From a virus (taxonomy: Duplodnaviria > Caudoviricetes): 29,060 bases of DNA. Position 1 is the stretch's first letter. Every line of letters begins with the position of its first letter. The notes under the pieces were generated by a model. It was not told the origin of the DNA. It did not search any database and was given only the letters and a program-made list of their open reading frames with translations. Where the stretch lies: IMG/VR virus record IMGVR_UViG_3300027679_000027, positions 1 through 29,060 of that record. One strand, written 5' to 3'. The position numbers and the translations under genes are program-made. Shown here piece by piece: positions 8,680-16,646 of this stretch.

Positions 8680-9023
8680 TTAAATCTGCTGCAATCGTCA
8701 AGACCAAGGCTCTTGCCCCGTGGAAAGAGCTGCGGTTGCAAAAGCGTAAACTGAAAAAGTCTCAGGCCGCAGAGCGCAAAGCAACAAAACAAATGCGACC
8801 TTCACCAATCGGTAAGCGAGTTGTTGAAGTTGTTGAACCTGTAATGCCTGAAGTGATTGAAACGCCTGAAGTTGTTGAAACTGAAGACACCCCACCGACC
8901 CGTGAGGAAATGTTGCAACAGGCTGAAGCGATTGGCTTGAAGGTTGACAAACGCTGGTCAGATGCGACACTGCTTAAACACATTGAGGAATCAGCATGGG
9001 CTACACAAAACGACAATTCATAA
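8676..9023 (+). CDS. Hypothetical protein with C-terminal HeH/Rho-N-like helical motif
   Basis: Basic N-terminus, acidic linker, then PTREEMLQQAEAIGLKVDKRWSDATLLKHI. Coupled overlaps on both sides. Confidence 0.65.
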   Translation: MIKSAAIVKTKALAPWKELRLQKRKLKKSQAAERKATKQMRPSPIGKRVVEVVEPVMPEVIETPEVVETEDTPPTREEMLQQAEAIGLKVDKRWSDATLLKHIEESAWATQNDNS

Positions 9024-9478
9024 GTGCCGCCTTTGAGGAAATCGGACTTGCGTCTTATGTTTTTGACTTGCAGCCTGAACAGCTTGAATCTGCTTTGCGC
9101 CGACTTGATGCAATGATGGCAGACTGGAACGCCAAGGGCATCCGCTTGGGTTACCCTTTGCCATCCAGCCCACAGGACAGCGACCTTGATGAAGAAACTC
9201 TAGTGCCTGACTCGGCTTATGAAGCCATCATTTGCAGTCTAGGTATCAGACTTGCGCCAAGTTATGGCAAGCAAGTGATGATTGAGACCAAGACCACGGC
9301 AAAGCAGGGTTATGACATCCTGTTGCAAAGAGCCACATTCCCGCTTGAACAGCAACTGCCTGCAACAACGCCTGCTGGCGCTGGCAACAAGCCTTGGAGG
9401 GTCTACGATAATCCGTATGTACGCCCACCCTATTTTCCTGTGGATGCTGGCCCTGATGGGCCTCTCGAATATAACTAA
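8996..9478 (+). CDS. Head-tail adaptor, P22 gp4-like tail accessory factor
   Basis: TKRQFISAAFEEIG, ALRRLDAMMADW, LGIRLAPSYG and PAGAGNK motifs; size and position fit. Confidence 0.88.
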   Translation: MGYTKRQFISAAFEEIGLASYVFDLQPEQLESALRRLDAMMADWNAKGIRLGYPLPSSPQDSDLDEETLVPDSAYEAIICSLGIRLAPSYGKQVMIETKTTAKQGYDILLQRATFPLEQQLPATTPAGAGNKPWRVYDNPYVRPPYFPVDAGPDGPLEYN

Positions 9479-9486
9479 GGACAATC

Positions 9487-10662
9487 ATGCCAACGATCAA
9501 TCAACTGCCAGTACTCAGCACCATTTCCAGCGGAGATCAGTTACCTGTTTACTCGCCTAACAATGGGGACGCAAGACGCACATCAATCGGCAGTTTGTTG
9601 ACTTTCTTTCAGCAAAGTTTTGCATCGCCCACACTGGCAGTCAATCTTTATGTGCCTGGCTCTGGCTTCAACATTACCGTACCAACACCTGTAAGCAATG
9701 ACCAATGGATGCTTTTGCAACCCGCTGGAACGTTGGCAACGGGCACGATCACTTTGCCTCTGAACACGGGTGTTCCTGATGGCACATCGGTATTAATTAC
9801 CACCACTCAAGAAATTACCTCTTTGACTATTGCTTTGAATGGTGCTACTGCCATTTATGGTGGTGTGACGTTTTTAGGTGCAGGGACTGCAACAGCAATT
9901 CGCTTTTATCAACCGACAAACTCTTGGTATCAGATCAACGCTGATGCAGTTTATGGCGCAAATGTGCAGGCTTTTTTGGCTGTGCCATCGAGTGCCAATC
10001 TACGGGCAGCGATGACGGATGAGACTGGCACTGGTCTGTTGGTATTTAACACCACTCCAACATTGGTAACCCCAATTCTTGGCACACCAACCTCTGGAAC
10101 ATTGACTAACTGTACTGGTTTGCCAATAGCAACTGGGGTGTCTAATTTAGGTACAGGGGTAGCAACATTTTTAACAACACCCTCAAGTGCTAATTTATTG
10201 GCTGCTGTTACGGATGAAACTGGTACTGGTGCATTGGTATTCACAAATTCTCCCACATTGATTACTCCTGTAATTGGTGCAGCTACTGGCACAAGCCTGA
10301 CAGCTTCAGGTGTAATTGCATCAACTGGCACAGCTGGCGTGGGTTATGCCACAGGCGCTGGCGGTGCAGTTACGCAGATCACTAGCCGCACAACAGGCGT
10401 AACCTTGAACAAGACGACTGGTGCAATTACTCTGTTCAGTGCGGCAGGAACAACTGTTGCGGCAACATTTACCGTAACCAACAGTACCGTGGCGGCAACC
10501 GATGTGATTATTTTGAATCAAAAGTCAGGAACTGACCTATACGACTTGATGGTCACTGCGGTGGCTGCTGGTAGTTTCAACATCACATTCCGCACCACTG
10601 GCGGCACGACCACAGAAACCCCAGTATTTAACTTTGCAGTTATCAAAGGCGTGGCAGCGTGA
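9487..10662 (+). CDS. Fibre-like virion protein
   Basis: Thr/Gly-rich, with an internal repeat PSSANL.AA.TDETGTG.LVF...PTL.TP twice. C-terminal domain is shared with 20697-21569. Confidence 0.7.
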   Translation: MPTINQLPVLSTISSGDQLPVYSPNNGDARRTSIGSLLTFFQQSFASPTLAVNLYVPGSGFNITVPTPVSNDQWMLLQPAGTLATGTITLPLNTGVPDGTSVLITTTQEITSLTIALNGATAIYGGVTFLGAGTATAIRFYQPTNSWYQINADAVYGANVQAFLAVPSSANLRAAMTDETGTGLLVFNTTPTLVTPILGTPTSGTLTNCTGLPIATGVSNLGTGVATFLTTPSSANLLAAVTDETGTGALVFTNSPTLITPVIGAATGTSLTASGVIASTGTAGVGYATGAGGAVTQITSRTTGVTLNKTTGAITLFSAAGTTVAATFTVTNSTVAATDVIILNQKSGTDLYDLMVTAVAAGSFNITFRTTGGTTTETPVFNFAVIKGVAA

Positions 10663-10847
10663 TGGCAACCAAGCCCAAGTCCTCTGTCAATGCGGCTGGC
10701 AACTACACAAAGCCAACCATGCGAAAAGCCCTGTTTGAGCGAATCAAGGCAGGGACAAAGGGCGGCGATTCCGGCGAATGGTCAGCTCGAAAAGCCCAAC
10801 TGCTGGCGGTGGAGTACAAGAAAAAAGGCGGTGGTTATCGTGACTAA
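10662..10847 (+). CDS. Small basic hypothetical protein
   Basis: NYTKPTMRK...KGG..GEWSARKAQLLAVEYKKKGGGY; TGATG overlap with the upstream stop. Confidence 0.8.
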   Translation: MATKPKSSVNAAGNYTKPTMRKALFERIKAGTKGGDSGEWSARKAQLLAVEYKKKGGGYRD

Positions 10848-10989
10848 AAAAACAAAGCATTACTTACCTGATGGCAAAGTTTACAAAGGCCCAGTGCATA
10901 AGATTGGAGATAAGGTTATGACTGGTGCAACGCACACGGCGGCAAGTGTGAACCTCAAACATACACCACCCAAAAAAGCCAAAAAATGA
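10840..10989 (+). CDS. Small basic His-containing protein (49 aa)
   Basis: GTG start at 10840 gives MTKKTKHYLPDGKVYKGPVHK...MTGATHTAAS..L.H. Fills the gap exactly with coupled overlaps. Confidence 0.7.
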   Translation: MTKKTKHYLPDGKVYKGPVHKIGDKVMTGATHTAASVNLKHTPPKKAKK

Positions 10990-11219
10990 AAGCCCCGCAA
11001 AAGTCACTATCAGACTGGGGCAAACAGGACTGGCGCACCAAGTCAGGCAAGCCATCGTCTGAAACTGGCGAGAGGTATCTGCCAGCAGCCGCCATAAAAG
11101 CATTGACTCCTGCTGAGTATGCTGCAACCTCAAGGGCAAAGCGTGAGGCCACAAAAGCAGGCAAGCAGTTTGCAAAGCAACCAAAAAAGGTTGCCGAAAA
11201 GATCAAGAGTTTTAGATGA
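10986..11219 (+). CDS. Small basic hypothetical protein
   Basis: QKSLSDWGKQDWRTKSGKPSSETGERYLP; ATGA overlaps at both ends. Confidence 0.8.
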   Translation: MKAPQKSLSDWGKQDWRTKSGKPSSETGERYLPAAAIKALTPAEYAATSRAKREATKAGKQFAKQPKKVAEKIKSFR

Positions 11220-11509
11220 AAACCCCAGTCTATGCACGCAAAGAAGGGCAGAACCCAAAGGGCGGTTTGAACGCTAGGGGCAGGGCTGCGGCAAAGGCTG
11301 AAGGCATGAACCTAAAACCTCCAGTCAAGACTGGCGACAATCCCCGCAGAGCATCGTTCCTAGCCCGTATGGGTGGCAATGCAGGTCCTGAATATAAAGA
11401 CGGTGAGCCTACCCGCTTGCTGTTGAGTTTGAGGGCTTGGGGTGCTACTTCAAAGGCAGATGCTCAAGCCAAGGCAAAGAAAATATCAGCCCGAAACAAG
11501 GCGAAATAA
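11216..11509 (+). CDS. Small basic hypothetical protein (DUF6321-like)
   Basis: RKEGQNPKGGLNARGR...RRASFLARM...SLRAWG motif; ATGA overlap. Family name is from recall. Confidence 0.75.
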   Translation: MKTPVYARKEGQNPKGGLNARGRAAAKAEGMNLKPPVKTGDNPRRASFLARMGGNAGPEYKDGEPTRLLLSLRAWGATSKADAQAKAKKISARNKAK

Positions 11510-11511
11510 GC

Positions 11512-11862
11512 ATGGATTACGAAACCTTAAAAAACGTGCTTAATGAAAATCAAGGAAAAAACTTTGTCCGCAGAATTTTGAACCCAGAGGCATATCCTGT
11601 TTTGGATTTAGGTGAGGGTAATATTGCTACACACCAAATGGAATACTCAGAAGCTGGACCAAACAAATTTATTGTTTACCCACGAATTGCATACGAGAAT
11701 AAAGAACTTAAAAATTATGGTGACGATGCCTTTGATAGGGCATTGAAAAGTAAGGATTACATTTCTTTTGACAATGCGGCAGATGCTGAATATTTTTCTA
11801 AAAACTACAAAGAATACTGGGACAAAGAAAAGAAAGTCCTGCCATCAGTAGGTGAAAAGTAA
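11512..11862 (+). CDS. Hypothetical protein, AT-rich
   Basis: ATG 2 nt after the previous stop; its stop abuts the gp10-like start. 116 aa. Confidence 0.7.
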   Translation: MDYETLKNVLNENQGKNFVRRILNPEAYPVLDLGEGNIATHQMEYSEAGPNKFIVYPRIAYENKELKNYGDDAFDRALKSKDYISFDNAADAEYFSKNYKEYWDKEKKVLPSVGEK

Positions 11863-13269
11863 ATGCAAATACCAATCCTCAACGGTATTTACACCGACAA
11901 CACACCTGAACTGCGTACATCGTACCCAGTTAATCTTGTGCCTGTGCCAAAACAATCAGGTATCAGCAATGGCTTTTTGCGACCAGGCGATGGGATTGTT
12001 GCAAATGGCACAGGAACAGGCATTGATCGTGGCGGCATCAACTGGCAAGGCGATTTGTATCGCGTAATGGGTACAAAGCTGGTTGAGATTAACAGCGCAG
12101 GCGTGGTGACAACATTGGGCGATGTAGGTGGACCAACAGATCAACTGGTGACCTTTGATTACAGCTTTGACGAGCTGGCGATTGCATCGGGTGGGCGACT
12201 GTACTACTGGGATGGCTCGACCCTAACCCAAGTGACCGACCCTGACCTTGGGGTGGTGCTGGATGTGGTCTGGGTTGATGGATACTTCATGACCACGGAT
12301 GGCGAGTTTTTGATTGTCACTGAGTTATCAGACCCAACCCAAGTTAATCCTCTCAAATACGGAAGTTCAGAGGTTGACCCCGACCCAGTGGTGGCATTGC
12401 TTAAGTTGCGGAATGAAATCTATGCACTTAACCGCAATACGATTGAGGTTTTTGACAATGTGGGCGGCGAGTTGTTTCCATTCGCACGGATTGATGGCGC
12501 ACAGATACAAAAAGGTGTTGTCGGTACATTTGCTTGCTGTGTGTTTATTGATCGCATAGCATTTTTAGGTAGTGGTAGAAACGAAGCCCCAAGTATTTAT
12601 GTGGGCGCATCGGCAGTGACGTCAAAAATTAGCACACAAGAAATTGACAATATTTTGTTAGAGTACACCGAAGCACAGTTGGCTTTGGTTAAGCTGGAAG
12701 CAAGAAACGATAAGAACCACCAGCACCTTTATGTGCATTTGCCTGACCAGACCCTTGTTTATGATGCAGCCGCATCAGAGGCTTTGCAAACACCAGTTTG
12801 GTTTATTTTGGTAAGCACCTTGACGGGTCTTGCACAGTATCGTGCTCGAAACATGGTTTGGGTATACGACAAGTGGATGGTTGGAGACCCACAGACAAGC
12901 AATATCGGCTATTTAGTGCAGGACACCGGCCACCACTGGGGGCAGCAAGTCTACTGGGAGTTTGGCACGTTGATTGTTTATAACGAAAGCAACGGGGCAA
13001 TCTTTAATGAGATGGAACTTGTGAGTCTTACAGGTAGTATTGCCCTTGGTAAGAATCCACAAATCAGCACCAGTTATTCATTAGATGGCAAGTCGTACAG
13101 CCAAGAAAAGTTTATTGCAGTTGGCACGATTGGCAATACCAAGAAACGCCTTGCATGGTTTCAGCAGGGTCATATGAGGAACTGGCGCATACAGCGTTTC
13201 CGTGGTGATAGTGATGCTCATGTGTCTTATGTGCGGCTAGAAGCGCAAATAGAAGCATTGGCCTACTGA
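11863..13269 (+). CDS. Tail hub / packaged DNA stabilization protein, P22 gp10-like
   Basis: 468 aa with YPVNLVPVPK, LRPGDG, RGG.NW, LYRVMGTKL and DPDLG.V.DVVWVDGYF motifs; beta-propeller character. Confidence 0.92.
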   Translation: MQIPILNGIYTDNTPELRTSYPVNLVPVPKQSGISNGFLRPGDGIVANGTGTGIDRGGINWQGDLYRVMGTKLVEINSAGVVTTLGDVGGPTDQLVTFDYSFDELAIASGGRLYYWDGSTLTQVTDPDLGVVLDVVWVDGYFMTTDGEFLIVTELSDPTQVNPLKYGSSEVDPDPVVALLKLRNEIYALNRNTIEVFDNVGGELFPFARIDGAQIQKGVVGTFACCVFIDRIAFLGSGRNEAPSIYVGASAVTSKISTQEIDNILLEYTEAQLALVKLEARNDKNHQHLYVHLPDQTLVYDAAASEALQTPVWFILVSTLTGLAQYRARNMVWVYDKWMVGDPQTSNIGYLVQDTGHHWGQQVYWEFGTLIVYNESNGAIFNEMELVSLTGSIALGKNPQISTSYSLDGKSYSQEKFIAVGTIGNTKKRLAWFQQGHMRNWRIQRFRGDSDAHVSYVRLEAQIEALAY

Positions 13270-14699
13270 TGGCAACCGCACCTATCTCTCGCAGATTAAA
13301 CCTGACGCGAGATCAGCTTGCTCAATTCTTGTCTGACCAGCAGCAGATAAGGCAATTTGAACTTTTATTTTCCACTGTTGATACCTTGCAAGTCATTATA
13401 GGTAGCGACTTTGAATATCAAGCAGACAACGCTGCAGCTACGGCAAACGAGGCTTTGGCTCAGATCAGTGCACTGGCACAAGATACCGCAGTTGATGATG
13501 CTGTGCTAAATGCCAAGATTCAAGAAGTTTTAGACGCTATTCCAAGACTAGCACAAGCACTTGAACTATTAGCACTTGCTCCGCCGCAGAATAACAGCAT
13601 TGCCGATGGTGATGTTGTTGGTCCTGCAAGTGCCACAGATAACGCTGTTGCTAGATTTAATGGGACTACTGGCAAACTGATTCAAAATTCTGTTACTACT
13701 ATTGACGACACTGGCAATGCTAGTGGTATTTTGTCCCAACAATTCAGTAATGGTTCGGCTGTAACTCTTGCCGCAGGAAAAATGTGGTATGACGGGTCTA
13801 CAGGCGCATGGAACTTGGGCATGGGCGGTGGCAACATTACTCAACAAGTTGGCGAAGAAATTTTTGTTTATGGCAAAGCGTCTGCTGCAATCACTGACTC
13901 ACCCCTCCAAATTATTTACCATACAGGCGTTGTTGGAGCCAGCGGCGTTATTACCTTTGCTCCTACGATTATTGGCATTACTGATAGCAATGCGATTGTT
14001 GGTGTAGCTACTGAATCTTTGGCTCTTAATGATTTTGGGCGAGCTACTGTTTTTGGGACAGTGCGAGGTATTACAACCAACGGCACTGCTTTTGGTGAAA
14101 CTTGGGCAGATGACGACCCTATTTGGTACAACCCCGTAACTGGTAACCCTACCAAAGTTGAACCTGTTGCTCCTAACATTAAGATACAAGTTGGGTATGT
14201 AATTAAAGCAGGCGCGGGTGGGTCTGGGTCTTTTCACGTTGAAATCATCCGAGGCTCCAAACTTGGTGGCACAGACTCCAATGTAGAGTTTGGCACATTA
14301 GCCAATACTGACTTGATTCAGTACAGCACCTCATTAGGTTATTGGACAAACGTCACTCCAGCGTCAGTAATCAATGCCTCAAGCGGTGCGCCAATCACTA
14401 AAACTGCCAACTTTACCGTAGCTGACAGCGAAAACTGGCTTATCAACAACAAGACTGGCTCGACCTGTACGGTGACTTTGCCCACTGCCTCAAGCTGGAC
14501 AGGTCGAGTTTTGCGGTTTCAAAACTATCAAGCACAAACCGTTGTTTCCGCATCATCAAATGTTGTGCCTGTAGCGGGTGGGGCGGCAGCAACTTCTATT
14601 TTGTTGGCAAGTACAGGGGATTCTGCTACCCTAGTTTCTGATGGAACAAACTGGTTAGTGACACAATACATACCAAACAATGCTTTGCTTTTGGAGTAA
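13269..14699 (+). CDS. Tail needle/fibre-like protein (gp26 position)
   Basis: Follows gp10. N-terminal coiled coil, GDVVGPASATDNAVARFNGTTGKLIQNS fibre motif, and C-terminal TVTLP...LVSDGTNW domain. Confidence 0.65.
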   Translation: MATAPISRRLNLTRDQLAQFLSDQQQIRQFELLFSTVDTLQVIIGSDFEYQADNAAATANEALAQISALAQDTAVDDAVLNAKIQEVLDAIPRLAQALELLALAPPQNNSIADGDVVGPASATDNAVARFNGTTGKLIQNSVTTIDDTGNASGILSQQFSNGSAVTLAAGKMWYDGSTGAWNLGMGGGNITQQVGEEIFVYGKASAAITDSPLQIIYHTGVVGASGVITFAPTIIGITDSNAIVGVATESLALNDFGRATVFGTVRGITTNGTAFGETWADDDPIWYNPVTGNPTKVEPVAPNIKIQVGYVIKAGAGGSGSFHVEIIRGSKLGGTDSNVEFGTLANTDLIQYSTSLGYWTNVTPASVINASSGAPITKTANFTVADSENWLINNKTGSTCTVTLPTASSWTGRVLRFQNYQAQTVVSASSNVVPVAGGAAATSILLASTGDSATLVSDGTNWLVTQYIPNNALLLE

Positions 14700-14702
14700 A
14701 AA

Positions 14703-15038
14703 ATGACAGTTACAGTAAAAGTTTTAATCCCAGCAAAACAAGCTGAAGGAACTCAGACAACACAATACACAGCCACCAACTGTAAAACCATTATTGACAA
14801 ATTCACAGCCACCAATACAACGGCAGGCAATGTGACTATTAGCGTCAATTTGGTAACAGCGGCAGGAAGTGCCGCCACATCAAACTTGATTGTGGATACT
14901 CGCAGTCTTGCGCCCGATGAAACTTATACTTTTCCTGAATTGGTCGGGCAAGCACTTGAACCAAGCGGGTTTATTTCAACTATTGCCAGTGCAGCAACAT
15001 CATTAACCATCAGAGCCAACGGGCGTGAAATTACTTAA
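14703..15038 (+). CDS. Hypothetical virion-associated protein
   Basis: 111 aa, Thr-rich and beta-sandwich-like. SD GGAG; lies in the tail operon. Confidence 0.7.
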   Translation: MTVTVKVLIPAKQAEGTQTTQYTATNCKTIIDKFTATNTTAGNVTISVNLVTAAGSAATSNLIVDTRSLAPDETYTFPELVGQALEPSGFISTIASAATSLTIRANGREIT

Positions 15039-15048
15039 GGAGTAGAAA

Positions 15049-15447
15049 ATGAAAGATTTTATGATGATGCCCAAGGGTTTTATGGGCTTGCCAACCGAAG
15101 AGGAGTTTTTAACCGTTGCTGAGAATAAAGCCAATTTCCTGATTGCGGTGAAAGATTGGCACTATGGACCTGAAGAACCCAGCAACGACCCAAAGTCAAA
15201 CCCTGAGTTTTATGACTCACTAGCAGAAGCCATGCAGTGTGACGCAAAGGACGCAAGGCGCAAACATTGCTCTAACTGTGGCTACTACGACAATAGCTTA
15301 ATGACCCAAGTCAGGATTGAACGTATACCGATGGCTGGGTATGACACTGGATATGGTTATCGTGGACATTGCGAAAAGCTGAACTTTATCTGCAACGATA
15401 TGCGGGTTTGTCAGGCTTGGGAAGATGAAGAAGAAGAAGAATATTGA
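15049..15447 (+). CDS. Cys-rich hypothetical protein with HiPIP-like Cys spacing
   Basis: CSNCGYY...GHCEKLNFICNDMRVCQAW; strong SD TAAGGAG. Confidence 0.65.
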   Translation: MKDFMMMPKGFMGLPTEEEFLTVAENKANFLIAVKDWHYGPEEPSNDPKSNPEFYDSLAEAMQCDAKDARRKHCSNCGYYDNSLMTQVRIERIPMAGYDTGYGYRGHCEKLNFICNDMRVCQAWEDEEEEEY

Positions 15448-15471
15448 CCTTTTATCAATTTGTGCGAAAAT
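15444..15471 (+). promoter_or_regulatory. Putative promoter for GNAT/ejection genes
   Basis: TTGACC-N16-GAAAAT with an extended -10 TG, in one of the few intergenic gaps. Confidence 0.5.
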
Positions 15472-15522
15472 CAATCCGCTGAGTTATGGCATCCAGCGGC
15501 CTGCCCTATATAGGAGTTGTGC

Positions 15523-15969
15523 ATGGTTACGGTTGGAATTACAGAGCAGCATTTGATGGAGGTCTATTCAGACCCGTACATCACAAAAGTTGGGCATGAC
15601 CACCGCCCTGCTGCACCAATCCAACACCCAAACGTGACCTATCTATCTGCTTGGGTTTGCGGTTCATTTGTTGGTGCTTTTATTGCCATCAAACAAAGCG
15701 CAGTCGAATTAGAGCTTCATGCGTTGCTTAAAAAATCAGCCCTAAAAGAATCTCGTACTCTTGGTTTTGCCTGCCTTGCATGGGCTTTTGCTCAACCAAT
15801 CTTGCGGGTGACTGCTTACATTATTGAAGGACTTGAAACTGCAAAGAACTATTGCATCAAGTTGGGTTTCAAAGTAGAGGGTTGCAGGCGCTGTGCCTGT
15901 GTACAAAATGGCATAGTCAAAGATGTCTATATGTTGGGTATGACCCGACAGGAATGGGGCGCAATATGA
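15523..15969 (+). CDS. GNAT-fold acetyltransferase-like protein
   Basis: ELHALL, LRVTAYI and KLGFKVEG.RR...NG...DVYMLGMTRQEW (RimJ/RimL-like). SD AGGAG at 15512. Precedes the ejection genes, as is typical in podoviruses. Confidence 0.8.
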   Translation: MVTVGITEQHLMEVYSDPYITKVGHDHRPAAPIQHPNVTYLSAWVCGSFVGAFIAIKQSAVELELHALLKKSALKESRTLGFACLAWAFAQPILRVTAYIIEGLETAKNYCIKLGFKVEGCRRCACVQNGIVKDVYMLGMTRQEWGAI

Positions 15970-16637
15970 GTTTTGTTGGCGATTTAATTGGTGACGTTTT
16001 TGGTGGCATAACTGGCGCAAAGCAAGCTAGTGAAGCGGCAGAGCGTGGTTCGGCAACCCAAGCAGCAGCCGCACAAGCAGGGATTGAGGAACAGCGCAGG
16101 CAGTTTGACAAACTAATTGAACTGATGTCCCCATATGTCACCGCTGGAACCCCTGCTCTAGAAGCGCAACAAGCATTTTTAGGCTTACGAGGGCCTGAAG
16201 CAGAACAAGCCGCCATTGAGCGCATCCGTGGTGGAGAGACTTTCCAAGCACTGGCAAATCAGGGTGAAGAAGCTTTATTGCAACGTGCATCGGCAACGGG
16301 CGGCCTGCGTGGTGGCAATATTCAAGGGGCATTATCCCAGTTCCGCCCACAGCTTTTATCCAGCTTGATTGAACAGCAATATGGGCGTTTGGGTGGTTTG
16401 GCACAAAGTGGTCAAGCGGCTGCGGCTGGTCAAGCTGGTGCTGGTACGCAACTTGGTGCAAATGTATCTGGTCTTTTGGGTCAGCAAGGCGCAGCAACAG
16501 CAGGCGGTCAAATTGCCAGTGGCTCAGTGCCTGGACGAACCTTTGGTCAACTTTTGCAAATTGGTGGAACTGTTGCAGGAATGGGTGGCTTTGGCCCCTC
16601 AAGAGTGCCACTTGGCCCTAATACAAACCCTTTTTAA
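15966..16637 (+). CDS. DNA transfer/ejection protein, P22 gp7-like
   Basis: Gly/Ala/Gln-rich, with EQRRQFD, PYVTAG, QGEEALLQRASATGGLRGGNIQGAL motifs. Confidence 0.85.
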   Translation: MSFVGDLIGDVFGGITGAKQASEAAERGSATQAAAAQAGIEEQRRQFDKLIELMSPYVTAGTPALEAQQAFLGLRGPEAEQAAIERIRGGETFQALANQGEEALLQRASATGGLRGGNIQGALSQFRPQLLSSLIEQQYGRLGGLAQSGQAAAAGQAGAGTQLGANVSGLLGQQGAATAGGQIASGSVPGRTFGQLLQIGGTVAGMGGFGPSRVPLGPNTNPF

Positions 16638-16646
16638 GGTTAAATT

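Noticed and set aside
10690-10839. 5' part of the ORF-track gene 10690-10989
   Set aside because: It overlaps the better-supported 10662-10847 gene; GTG 10840 is the more plausible start.
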